64,000 nt of DNA, taken from IMG/VR virus record IMGVR_UViG_3300042561_000572, positions 1-64,000 of that record, one strand, 5' to 3'. The translations under genes were made by a program, and so were the position numbers. Numbering within the stretch: position 1 is the stretch's first letter; the number at the start of each line of letters is the position of its first letter. The stretch is from a virus. This document shows positions 9,370-18,929 of the stretch, in pieces. The notes below the pieces were generated by a model that was not told where the DNA came from, did not search any database, and saw nothing but the letters and a program-made list of their open reading frames with translations.

Positions 9370-9431
9370 CACATAACTAAGAACAGACTCATTATCAATT
9401 CCAACACACTTAGAACTAGAAATACTTTAAA

Positions 9432-9507
9432 TGGTGCATCTTAGATTTGAACTAAGGATTCCTCTCAATAATAGGGAGAGTGGCTTGGACCGCTAGCCTA
9501 ATGCACT
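9432..9507 (-). tRNA. tRNA-like / pseudo-tRNA with 9-nt anticodon loop
   Basis: Acceptor GTGCAT/ATGCAC; D arm GGCT..AGCC; CTCTC-CCTATTATT-GAGAG; T arm CTTAG-TTCAAAT-CTAAG. Confidence 0.7.
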
Positions 9508-9601
9508 AAGGATTTTGATAAAGGGCCACTTACAATCTAACATATAGTAATGTAATAACAACTATATAAACAAGTTACTATTACATTACTAATGTTAAAC
9601 T

Positions 9602-9805
9602 CTAAACAGATCTCCAGAAATCAGCCAAAGCTTTCAATTCCAAAGCATCAGCAACTGCCTTCTTAGCATCATACTCATCACTGCTTAAACCATTGGCCCA
9701 ACCAATAGGATAGTTAGAATAAGCACCAAAATGCTTTCTAACTTGTTGAGCAAAGTCTAAGAAGTTATCCACCTCCCAGACTTTACCAAGATAATTAACA
9801 ACCAT
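9602..9805 (-). CDS. Hypothetical protein
   Basis: 67-aa ORF with AAGGAG RBS. Confidence 0.7.
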   Translation of the reverse strand: MVVNYLGKVWEVDNFLDFAQQVRKHFGAYSNYPIGWANGLSSDEYDAKKAVADALELKALADFWRSV

Positions 9806-9816
9806 TACATTACTCC

Positions 9817-10278
9817 TTAATCAAAGAATACACATCTATCTTCAATGACTTCCTTATCTCCATCCAAAAACCTATCAAATGCATCTTCTTCATCAGATGC
9901 AAAGGAGGCCCAACCATCTTGAATATAGACAACACCCTCATTGTCCTCTTCAATGACTTTATGAAAGCCATTGGTATAAGGAATAGAGGCACTAGCTTCC
10001 TCTTTATCAGCATCAATGCCATTGTAGTAACGCCAGAATACAGTTACTGTATTACTAGCTGCTACTGCTTCTGAGATAGTAGCAACTTGCTCCATCTCCA
10101 AGTTTTCCCAAGCAATGATTTGGGCTTCTTGTTCAGAACTAGTGTAAGACTCTATTGCTTGTCTAGCCATAAAAGCCATATCTTCTAGTTCCAACTCTTT
10201 ATACTCTTCTTCAGAGACAGTAGACTTTGCAATAAAAGCCATATCTTCTAGTTCCAAGTTTTCCCAAGCAATAGACAT
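9817..10278 (-). CDS. Highly acidic protein with three internal repeats
   Basis: WENLELEDMAF / YKELELEDMAF / WENLEMEQVAT; AGGAG RBS. Confidence 0.8.
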   Translation of the reverse strand: MSIAWENLELEDMAFIAKSTVSEEEYKELELEDMAFMARQAIESYTSSEQEAQIIAWENLEMEQVATISEAVAASNTVTVFWRYYNGIDADKEEASASIPYTNGFHKVIEEDNEGVVYIQDGWASFASDEEDAFDRFLDGDKEVIEDRCVFFD

Positions 10279-10286
10279 AATAACTC

Positions 10287-10553
10287 CTACAAATTAATTG
10301 TTAAATCAGCAGTCCAGTGAATCTCACCAACATACTTACCAACTTGATAGTTGGCATTAAAAGACTTAATAACACAACCATTAACAATAATGGCTTGATT
10401 CATATTACCCAATACACTGACTAATGCTGCACTAATAATAGGATTATTAGTAACAACATAAACAATAGATCCCATTACTTTGAGATCATTAATAGCATTA
10501 AACAAAGAGTGAGGACTCTCTGTTTCTGCTACTTCAATTAATACTTTTTGCAT
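10287..10553 (-). CDS. Hypothetical protein
   Basis: Probable start MQKVLIEV directly after the GGCCCTTTTAT motif. Confidence 0.6.
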   Translation of the reverse strand: MQKVLIEVAETESPHSLFNAINDLKVMGSIVYVVTNNPIISAALVSVLGNMNQAIIVNGCVIKSFNANYQVGKYVGEIHWTADLTINL

Positions 10554-10641
10554 ATAAAAGGGCCTCTTAGAATACAACATATAGTAATGTAATAACAACA
10601 ACAATCAAGTAGTGTTATTACATTACTAGTGTAAGACTCTA

Positions 10642-11094
10642 TTAGCCAGCAGCAAAATATCCAAAAGCACCAATAGTAAATCCAGTTTCAGGATCAGCAA
10701 TTGTATTAGGACTTACTACATCAGACCGCTTAGCAGCTTGTGCTGTGGGATAAGATGTAATGAAAATCACATCCTCTTGTGGCTCTGGCAATCCTTCAAC
10801 AACGGTCATACCACCAATAGTATGAGTGATGATAGTGCCATCTTCTAGCACCTCATCAAAGGTTGTTGAATCCAATTGCTTTACCTCTGGATTGGGATAA
10901 ACAGAGTTGTCATTGGCTGGCAATACAAACTGTGTATAAACTGCCAAATAAGCAGCAACAGTTGATTCAGACAACTCTTCATTGCTTAGATCAGCAACTT
11001 TGATCTCTCTACCATTCTTTGCTTTACCTTCTACCCAAGGCGCATTAGGAAGTAACTTAACAGAAGGATGGCCAGACAAATTGATGTATTGCAT
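10642..11094 (-). CDS. Conserved phage hypothetical protein
   Basis: INLSGH...GLPEPQEDVIFITS...RSDVVSP pattern resembles a widespread phage family of unknown function. Confidence 0.7.
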   Translation of the reverse strand: MQYINLSGHPSVKLLPNAPWVEGKAKNGREIKVADLSNEELSESTVAAYLAVYTQFVLPANDNSVYPNPEVKQLDSTTFDEVLEDGTIITHTIGGMTVVEGLPEPQEDVIFITSYPTAQAAKRSDVVSPNTIADPETGFTIGAFGYFAAG

Positions 11095-11189
11095 AAGTTT
11101 TATATCTCTATTGTAGAATTGAATAAAAGCTTATCTAACTTCTTAAACTCTATAGTCATATATTTTATACAACTATAGAGTTCAAAGGT

Positions 11190-11403
11190 ATATAACAGTG
11201 TTTGCACCCACCATTACTTTAGCACCTAACCCATTCATCCTTTATGGTGGTCATCTCCATAAATTAGTAACTTTATTTACTATTCAATCAAATATAGGCA
11301 GTTACCTTCTACATTGATTGGCCTCTGCTATAGGTTTGCAAACGACATATCTCTTCACAGAGTTGAAGGTGTGAAGCCCACCTACTTTACCTAAGTAGTT
11401 ATA
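11190..11403. ncRNA. Candidate multibranch structured RNA
   Basis: GTTTGCA..TGCAAAC encloses three hairpins; ORF-free. Confidence 0.4.
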
Positions 11404-11651
11404 CATTTATACAGATTAACTCACCAAGTTATACAACAGTTATGTGTTATACAGAGCTTAGATATATTGTTAATAAGGCTTATAACTAGCATTAATAGCA
11501 ACAATAACATAGACAATACTAACTATCAGCATCTCGCTTGTTGAAATATTATCTATGTTATTACTACTAAACATATCTCTCACTGATTCCTACCAGTTTA
11601 TAAATTCTGCCAACATTAAGCATTAAAGCTAAGGGCCTCAAGAGATAATAT

Positions 11652-11885
11652 TTATTTAACCTGCCAACCAAGAGGAGTCTTAATTGCAACTGGTGCTTTA
11701 TCCTCATCAGTATAAACAGCAACCATCCAAACAGGATCTCTGCCAAGATATAGATCTAGCTCTTCAGCTTCATCAATCATATCAATGACTTGTTGAATAT
11801 TATCAACTGTTGTTTTTTCAAATGGACAGTACTTGGCCCATCCATTATAACCAAGATAAATAGCTCTGATTGTATAAGTAGACAT
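11652..11885 (-). CDS. Hypothetical protein
   Basis: 77-aa ORF, GGAGATAAACTCAC leader. Confidence 0.75.
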   Translation of the reverse strand: MSTYTIRAIYLGYNGWAKYCPFEKTTVDNIQQVIDMIDEAEELDLYLGRDPVWMVAVYTDEDKAPVAIKTPLGWQVK

Positions 11886-11920
11886 GTGAGTTTATCTCCA
11901 ATATAAAGAGTTTATTACAA

Positions 11921-12073
11921 TGATAAGAGTGGGATTTGAACCCACACAAGTTATTCCATTATAGCTTAGTCATCTTGTGACTCTGTACCTTTCTAGGGCC
12001 TTTTTTCAGCTTATAAGTAATATTACCTTGGACCAACATTCACGATGGTTGGGATACCAAACCCATTCTTATC
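11921..12073 (-). ncRNA. 153-nt tRNA-like RNA with large inserted domain
   Basis: Perfect acceptor GATAAGA/TCTTATC-A and canonical T arm GTGGG-TTCAAAT-CCCAC. Confidence 0.75.
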
Positions 12074-12079
12074 TAGCAG

Positions 12080-12292
12080 TTATAGCCAATTATCAATGAA
12101 TTGTTTACATTCTTGCTGACTACCAACAAAAAGCTTTGTATGCCTAAACTTCTTTTGTGTGTGCCACTTAGAAGAATCAACAATAGATAAATTATCAAGC
12201 ACTACAAAAGCTTCAGTTGAAGTTGTAATGTGCCTCTCATTAGAGATATTAGGATCTCTATGAGGATTTTTAACAGTGTAACTACTTCTCAT
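12080..12292 (-). CDS. Hypothetical protein
   Basis: 70-aa ORF, GAGG RBS. Confidence 0.65.
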   Translation of the reverse strand: MRSSYTVKNPHRDPNISNERHITTSTEAFVVLDNLSIVDSSKWHTQKKFRHTKLFVGSQQECKQFIDNWL

Positions 12293-12304
12293 TACTTACC
12301 TCTA

Positions 12305-12589
12305 CTAATTAGGAAAATCAAACTTCAAACCAGAATTAATTGCTTCCCATGCATTAGCATACAAAGAAGATCCTGCCTCTTCAATGCCAGCACTTGTTTC
12401 AACTGAACCATCAATCATCTTGAAACAAATGATTGACTTTGAAGTGTGTAGTATCTGTTTTACAAACATATTATGAACCCACTCTTCAGTATCTTTCAGT
12501 TGATGATCAGCTTCAGATATCCAAGCTTTAACAATTAAGTCAGTGTTAATGTATACATTTTCATCAATCTCTACAAATTTAGCAGACAT
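12305..12589 (-). CDS. Hypothetical protein
   Basis: 94-aa ORF, AGGAGATAAACTCAC leader. Confidence 0.75.
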   Translation of the reverse strand: MSAKFVEIDENVYINTDLIVKAWISEADHQLKDTEEWVHNMFVKQILHTSKSIICFKMIDGSVETSAGIEEAGSSLYANAWEAINSGLKFDFPN

Positions 12590-13026
12590 GTGAGTTTATC
12601 TCCTATTACAAATATTTTATTGAGGGCCAATTACTCTCATCACCAGCTTAACAGTATAGTATATACATACATGCATAACATACATACATATATACACTGT
12701 TACTCAGTCCTTTGAACTGCTGAGTGGGGGTTTAGAGTTGTAAAGACACATAAAATGTCTTTACTACTTTTGTGATAGGGAATTTGCTATAAACTGACAT
12801 AGTTTATTCCCTGTTTTCTTACAGTTACATACCAGCTATTTATACCCTGTTAGATAAGGGGCCCTATATAAATACTACTAACTATAAGCCAGTAAAAGTA
12901 TAAATAGGTTGTAACTGTCCTGCTACCATAGAACCAGGAGGTAATTAAATACTGTAACATACTTAATTAAAAGAGTTTATAACTCCACTAGATATAGGTA
13001 TCTAATAGAGTTATAAACTAGAATTG

Positions 13027-13833
13027 CTAAACGTTTACTTCAGACTCTTCTTTTAAAGTTTCTTCTGCGGTTTTATCACCTTCAGAAGTTTCATTTTTTG
13101 CCCTACTTGCAGTCCATTGAGCAAGATTATGTGCATCAACTTCTGCTTGATTTTCTTCACCCTGCTTCAGCCAAGCCAAAGGATCAGCAGGAACAATTGA
13201 ATTTGCTGAAGCGGCATTAACCACAACAGAGTCAATCAACTGTTGTGCTTTGACTTCTGAATAGATGTTGCTCATATGAGCAACCCAGCCTTCACCTGGA
13301 CATTCTTCAGCAATCTCTTGCTTTTTACCTTTAACCCAAACTGGATTTGTATCTCCAGTTTTAGGATGCTTTTTCAAGGTTTGAATCTCGCTGGCTTGCA
13401 AGATGTAAGAGGTTTCAGTTGTAGGATGCTGACTGAAAGCAACTTTGAAAGTGGCATGTTGACCCTGACCAAAAGACATGTCACTTAAAATATATTCATC
13501 CACAAAGATGAATATAGTCAGTTTTGCAGTGTCCTTGATCGCACCAAATCCAAAAGTGATCTCACCATCATAGTTCAGCGCTTTCACCTTGATCAACTTG
13601 CCAGTCAATCTATAACCCAAGAGTTCTTTCTTGGTGTTGTAAACTGGCTTAGGCTTGTGATTTTTTGTGAATTGCACTGTAACGTAAGCTTCTGGTTGAT
13701 CCTTAGACTTAAGTGCTTCTTGGCATTGAGCAATCACTTGGGGATTACTTGTCACACCCAAAAGCGCCTCAATATCCTCTTTAGGCATAGCCATGTAAGG
13801 ATTTGAAGCTAGCTGTTTATTTAGGCCTAGCAT
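13027..13833 (-). CDS. Hypothetical protein; beta-rich core and acidic tail (possibly OB-fold/SSB-like)
   Basis: 268-aa ORF downstream of the RNAP-like gene. Confidence 0.55.
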   Translation of the reverse strand: MLGLNKQLASNPYMAMPKEDIEALLGVTSNPQVIAQCQEALKSKDQPEAYVTVQFTKNHKPKPVYNTKKELLGYRLTGKLIKVKALNYDGEITFGFGAIKDTAKLTIFIFVDEYILSDMSFGQGQHATFKVAFSQHPTTETSYILQASEIQTLKKHPKTGDTNPVWVKGKKQEIAEECPGEGWVAHMSNIYSEVKAQQLIDSVVVNAASANSIVPADPLAWLKQGEENQAEVDAHNLAQWTASRAKNETSEGDKTAEETLKEESEVNV

Positions 13834-14164
13834 AATTAACTCTCAAACTAATAAATTAATGAATTGATTTTGTAAGTACTAATTAAAACTTTCCTTACTT
13901 CTTGTAATAGGTATCTCTTAAATTTCTTTAAGATTATTTATTACTTCTCGTAATGGGTATCTATATAACAACAACCAGAACAGCTATGCTGCAAAACTTA
14001 GGGAGGAAAATAATATCATATAATACTAACCACTCCTACTAACTCAATAAATAATTTATAAATCTACTAGGTTCCCCTTTTAAAATATAAACTATTTATA
14101 AACCGCTTTTAGAGTGTTTTTCTTATTGGTTTATTATTAAATAATTTATTAGTAAATAAATTAC

Positions 14165-14194
14165 TAATAAAAGGGGCTGTTAAACCCCTTTTAT
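14165..14194 (-). terminator. GC hairpin plus U-tract (GCCCTTTTAT family)
   Basis: AAAAGGGG-CTGTTAAA-CCCCTTTT just past the RNAP-like stop codon. Confidence 0.75.
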
Positions 14195-14199
14195 ATTAT

Positions 14200-17100
14200 C
14201 TACTTGCTAGAATATTGATCATTGATCATATCCTGTTGAGCAGCTTTAAAGATATAACTGCTTACATTATTGTGAATGTAAACACCATTATCCAACATTT
14301 CTTTCAACCAAGGATTGTGCATAGTTTCACTTGCTTTAGATTTATCCAAAGCAGCAAACAAGCTCAAAGGAGAAATGTGATCTTCATCATCCATTTCACT
14401 TGACTCCATCATTTCAAGTTTGGATTCTCTCATGGCTACACCAGCAGGATCAGCGCCTTGACCCATTCTTCTTAAACCACCATAGATATAGGATTCAAGA
14501 AGTTCAGTCTCAGTTTTAATGAGTTTAGTAACCTTACTACCTTTCTCCATACCAGTAAAGAATGTTCTAGTACGTTCAGCTTCTAGAATAAAGCTCATAG
14601 CTCTATACATTAGATTGTAATAAGAGTTAGAACCATCTTCTTTAGTCTTACCAACCCAGAATTTAGACAATCCATTGCCATCTTCTTCTTCTTCACCTAG
14701 ATAAAGAAGAGTCTTAACAGCATCAATGACTTTATCTTCTTTAGTAACACGTTGGTCAGATGGATACATATATTCTCCATCTTTATAAACAAATGTACCA
14801 GTCATTTTAGAAGCACCAAGAATGGCAAACCATTTAGTTGCAGCAGCAGAATAACCTGCAAGACCTAAGCCTTCATATAAGGCCCTCCAAGCAATGACAA
14901 CTGCCAATTTCAAAGCTTTAACATTGGCTAGATCTTCTGCTTTATTAGAGTACAAGATGTTAGCAAGCTTAAAGGTTAAAGCAGATGCAATACCATAGGC
15001 AATACCAACAGCAGCAACGTAGTGCTTTTGTACCAACTCACCAGACTCAAAGTAACCAATATGTTCTTTACCATCTTCATCAGTATAAGAATACTTAGAA
15101 ATAGTAGAAACATAAGGCTTACAATACTTAGCTTTATCAGCAGCATTGTCCCACTTGAGCCATTTCTTCTTAGGCTTTTCAGAGAACTCAGCATAAGGCC
15201 AGTTAGAAACATCTTCTCCATAAACAATCTTGTAGCCCTTAAGACCAACCCAAGAATCATTCATTTCATTGACATCTTTAGCACCTAAACCTCTAATACC
15301 AAGATTCAATACTGATACACCATCACCATCAGTATCACCTTCATTAGCCATAGACCAAAGATAAGGTAATAGAAACATGTGGCTTCTACCAACCTTCTCA
15401 GTCACGACAAGTTTAGCACCTAGACCCATAAACATAGGAATACGGAATGCAGCTACAAACTCACCATTTAGAAGATAGGGATTAAAGTAGAGAGCAACTA
15501 AACCATCTTTAGTCTTCTTGCATCCAACATAAATACAAGATTTATTAGGTTTATGATCTTCAGTTTCAAAGGCATCACCATTAGTATCACCCTCAGCACC
15601 AAAGTTGTTAAGTACAACTTCTTCTATATACTTAGAGTAGAATCTACCTTTAGCATCCTTAGCAAGAAGATGAGTAGCCATACAATCAGGATTCATAGCT
15701 ACCTTTGGAATACCATCAGCATCAGATTGCAAGAAGATATAATAAGCAGTTCTAACCTTCAAGTTGACTAAACACTTGCTAGTTCTAGCAGCACGTTTTA
15801 GTACACCCTTAGACTCAAATGCTTGTCTCAACCAACCCTTCAAAGACTTCTCAAGTTTACAAGTCTTCTTGTAAAAGTAGCTATCATATCCAGACTTAGG
15901 AGGATTAACAATAGCTCTTAAAAAGCCAACAATCTCTTGAGCCATTTGATCAGCAGAGCCACTGATCCATACCATTGTAGATCTAATGATATCAAAGTCT
16001 AAATACAAGATAGAATTACTACCTTCATGATTATTAGCTTTCAAATATAAACCATTAGGATACAACAGCTTATAAGCATCAAGAACTTTAGAGTCAGAAA
16101 GTCCATCCAAAGAACCAATTTTAGCCATCAATTCCTTCTGCTCTTTAGAATCATTAAGATTAACAGAGTTGTTAATAGTAACTTCCTTAGACTTAGTTAC
16201 CATATTAACTAAACCTAGAACAGCTTTTCTAGCTTCTTTGGACTCAAGATATAGCACTTCTGCCAATCTTCTAGACTGAATAGAGATACCAGCTTGCATC
16301 TCAGGAGTCATACCAGAAAGAGATATTGATTCATCAGGTGTGCTAATTTCAACCTCAAAGTTGAGATTACAAACAAGAATTTGAATGTGTTCTCTAACAG
16401 TAACATATCCATCATGTTCAATGACAGACACAATACCAGATAGTTTATCTTGTTTGTCAGATTTGGTAGCATGAGCAGCTACAAGCATATCCCATTCATC
16501 TCTAGCAATGTCAACCTCTAGTAAAACATCTTTAGCTTCAGACTGAACCCAATCAGAGATGATGTTATCCGCTAATGTAACATCTACATAATGTTCTCCA
16601 CCTTCAATAGAAACAAGAGCATCATTAGGGAAATAAACAGCGTCAACACCAACTGTATTAGCAAAAGCATCAATGTGAACACTTCTACCCTTGATAGTCT
16701 CGTTGTTAAACAACATTTCAACATTAAGATCAATGGCATTACCTTCCATGTCATAGAAGTTAAAGTCCATTGGAGTAGTAGTATTCTTAGTGAAATACCT
16801 TCTATTCTTTACAAGCTGAGTAGATGATAAAGCTTCTACTTTGAATTCAACATTGAAATAGGCAGGTTCATAGTCTGCATCAGCCACTTCAACATGTCTT
16901 ACACTTGCAGAAATAACTCTAACAGGAATGTTAGGAAAGTCATTTTTAACAACAATCTTAGTGCCTGGAAATGTTTTGACATCTAAAATAGTTTCACCAG
17001 ATTCAAACAATCTATCTTTATCAATTGCTTCAATCTTAGCAGCAACTCTAGATATGAGATAGTAAAAAGCATGATGCTTTTTAAATCCATGCTTAACACC

Positions 17101-18840
17101 CATATCTTTAAACTTGGCAATAGTTTGAGTATTAAAGTCATGTAGAGAGATTCTACCTTTTAGAGTCTTTTCAATACCACAATGACATTCAACATCAGGT
17201 CTTGTAAATACACCACCTGAACCTGCACTAAGACCAGAATTGGATATACCAATAGATCTTAATACACCTTCTTGTCTAAGAATAGTTCCATCAGGGAGCA
17301 TAGTACCAAACAAGGATTTAGTTCTAGCTTTAATAGCATAATTATTAGAAGTGTATTGTTCAGCTTTCAAGAACTTGCAAGATTGCATTGGTCTATTCCA
17401 CAATTTAGATGGTTTGCCTGCATCATGTAGAGTATAAACCCATTTACCACCATCACCAATCAAAGCAGCATTAGCAGCAGTTCTACCTCCAAAGAATTTA
17501 AGAAGATACTTGTCACCAGTAACAATACCTTCTTCTTCTAAACAAGCTTTAACCGCTTGCATATCTACCTTTTTAGTAGGATTACCTACCACAAGCCAAG
17601 GGAAACATGAATTAAATGTTCCTGCAAAGTTAGAATACATTTGTAAAGCGTTAGAAGCATTCATAGGGATTGCAACTGCTGGATCAGTCTCCTCAGTTTT
17701 AACCCCATAATTAGGATCTTCAACCCACAAAGTAGGAGTTTTATTGACAAGACCAGCAACTTGCCAAGTAGATATATCAGGTCTAGCAATAGCTTGTGCA
17801 AAGTAGAATAAACCTACTAAACCTTTAACAGTTGCACCTCCAAGTACTACATTGTTAACAGAGTAATAGGAGTCTTCAGAGGTATGTAGTATACCTTTAT
17901 TGAAGTCAACACTGAACCCACCGCCAGGTTTAGTTACGGTTGCAACACCTTCTTTGTGTGTAGTATTAACACTAAGAATAGAGAACAGTTCAGCCATTTT
18001 ATCTGAAGATAAATCAGACATCCAAGAAGCAGCATGAGCAGCAACAAAGTCAGATACTTCATGTGTATATAACACATTAGTTACATCTTCATGTTCATCT
18101 TTGTTGTAGGGAATAAGATAAATTTCTGAATCACCTTTATGTCCTACAACCTTTTGATATCCATCAAGATATCTATATTTAAACTTAGAACCTACCAGTT
18201 TAACTTCTTTACCATTAGGTGTAACAGTGGTAGATTCTGTAGCATGATAGATTTCAACACCAACAGAAAGTAGGAAGTTAATCCAAGGATATACCAAAGA
18301 AGCAGACTTTTTGGTAGACACCAACAACAACTTTTTATTAGCTGGAAGAGCCAAAGGACAAATGCTATTAGTATGGTAGAAATCAACCAACTTATTAGCT
18401 TGCATAGTCCATGCATCGGTTTCCTTATAGGGAATAGAGTATAGAACCGCAGCTTCCAATTCACTAGTTTCACCAGCAACTGAAGTCAAGTTATTAACTT
18501 TTGACAGTTGAGTTGCAGCATCAATCTTAGAAGGAACGACCTTCTTATCAGTTCTAATAACAGGAGAATAAACAGCAGGCGTTCTGACTGATTTAGGCCA
18601 CATAGTATCAGGTTGTAGTAGATCTTTACAAGCAGAAACCACAGCAAAGAAAACATTCAAAGCAAGCTTAGAAACTTGAGCAGGTTGAGTAACCTTCTTC
18701 ATAGCTTTAGCAGCCTTTTTAGCAGCTTCAGCCTTAAACTTAGCTTCATGGTGAGCAGTCTTTTCTGCTCTCAAAGCATTAGCCTGTTCAATCAAAGTAG
18801 AAGACATACGAGGATTCTTGGTCTTGTTCTTAGTAGACAT
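14200..18840 (-). CDS. Single-polypeptide two-barrel (beta/beta-prime-like) DNA-dependent RNA polymerase, YonO-like
   Basis: 1546 aa; AAFRIP followed by NEGDTDGDG (15322-15336), matching the R-x-P and DxDGD catalytic elements. Confidence 0.75.
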   Translation of the reverse strand: MSTKNKTKNPRMSSTLIEQANALRAEKTAHHEAKFKAEAAKKAAKAMKKVTQPAQVSKLALNVFFAVVSACKDLLQPDTMWPKSVRTPAVYSPVIRTDKKVVPSKIDAATQLSKVNNLTSVAGETSELEAAVLYSIPYKETDAWTMQANKLVDFYHTNSICPLALPANKKLLLVSTKKSASLVYPWINFLLSVGVEIYHATESTTVTPNGKEVKLVGSKFKYRYLDGYQKVVGHKGDSEIYLIPYNKDEHEDVTNVLYTHEVSDFVAAHAASWMSDLSSDKMAELFSILSVNTTHKEGVATVTKPGGGFSVDFNKGILHTSEDSYYSVNNVVLGGATVKGLVGLFYFAQAIARPDISTWQVAGLVNKTPTLWVEDPNYGVKTEETDPAVAIPMNASNALQMYSNFAGTFNSCFPWLVVGNPTKKVDMQAVKACLEEEGIVTGDKYLLKFFGGRTAANAALIGDGGKWVYTLHDAGKPSKLWNRPMQSCKFLKAEQYTSNNYAIKARTKSLFGTMLPDGTILRQEGVLRSIGISNSGLSAGSGGVFTRPDVECHCGIEKTLKGRISLHDFNTQTIAKFKDMGVKHGFKKHHAFYYLISRVAAKIEAIDKDRLFESGETILDVKTFPGTKIVVKNDFPNIPVRVISASVRHVEVADADYEPAYFNVEFKVEALSSTQLVKNRRYFTKNTTTPMDFNFYDMEGNAIDLNVEMLFNNETIKGRSVHIDAFANTVGVDAVYFPNDALVSIEGGEHYVDVTLADNIISDWVQSEAKDVLLEVDIARDEWDMLVAAHATKSDKQDKLSGIVSVIEHDGYVTVREHIQILVCNLNFEVEISTPDESISLSGMTPEMQAGISIQSRRLAEVLYLESKEARKAVLGLVNMVTKSKEVTINNSVNLNDSKEQKELMAKIGSLDGLSDSKVLDAYKLLYPNGLYLKANNHEGSNSILYLDFDIIRSTMVWISGSADQMAQEIVGFLRAIVNPPKSGYDSYFYKKTCKLEKSLKGWLRQAFESKGVLKRAARTSKCLVNLKVRTAYYIFLQSDADGIPKVAMNPDCMATHLLAKDAKGRFYSKYIEEVVLNNFGAEGDTNGDAFETEDHKPNKSCIYVGCKKTKDGLVALYFNPYLLNGEFVAAFRIPMFMGLGAKLVVTEKVGRSHMFLLPYLWSMANEGDTDGDGVSVLNLGIRGLGAKDVNEMNDSWVGLKGYKIVYGEDVSNWPYAEFSEKPKKKWLKWDNAADKAKYCKPYVSTISKYSYTDEDGKEHIGYFESGELVQKHYVAAVGIAYGIASALTFKLANILYSNKAEDLANVKALKLAVVIAWRALYEGLGLAGYSAAATKWFAILGASKMTGTFVYKDGEYMYPSDQRVTKEDKVIDAVKTLLYLGEEEEDGNGLSKFWVGKTKEDGSNSYYNLMYRAMSFILEAERTRTFFTGMEKGSKVTKLIKTETELLESYIYGGLRRMGQGADPAGVAMRESKLEMMESSEMDDEDHISPLSLFAALDKSKASETMHNPWLKEMLDNGVYIHNNVSSYIFKAAQQDMINDQYSSK

Positions 18841-18929
18841 AATAATTAGGTTGTGAGTTTATTAATTAAGATGCTGTATTGCATCTAAGAAAAAGGGGGC
18901 CAATTAAGGCCCTCTTTTAACTATAATGT

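Noticed and set aside
9432-9507. Amber suppressor tRNA / alternative genetic code
   Set aside because: CTA is not centred in a 7-nt loop, and long ORFs are intact under the standard code with TAG and TGA used as stops
11921-12073. tmRNA
   Set aside because: Too short, has a D stem and lacks alanine acceptor identity
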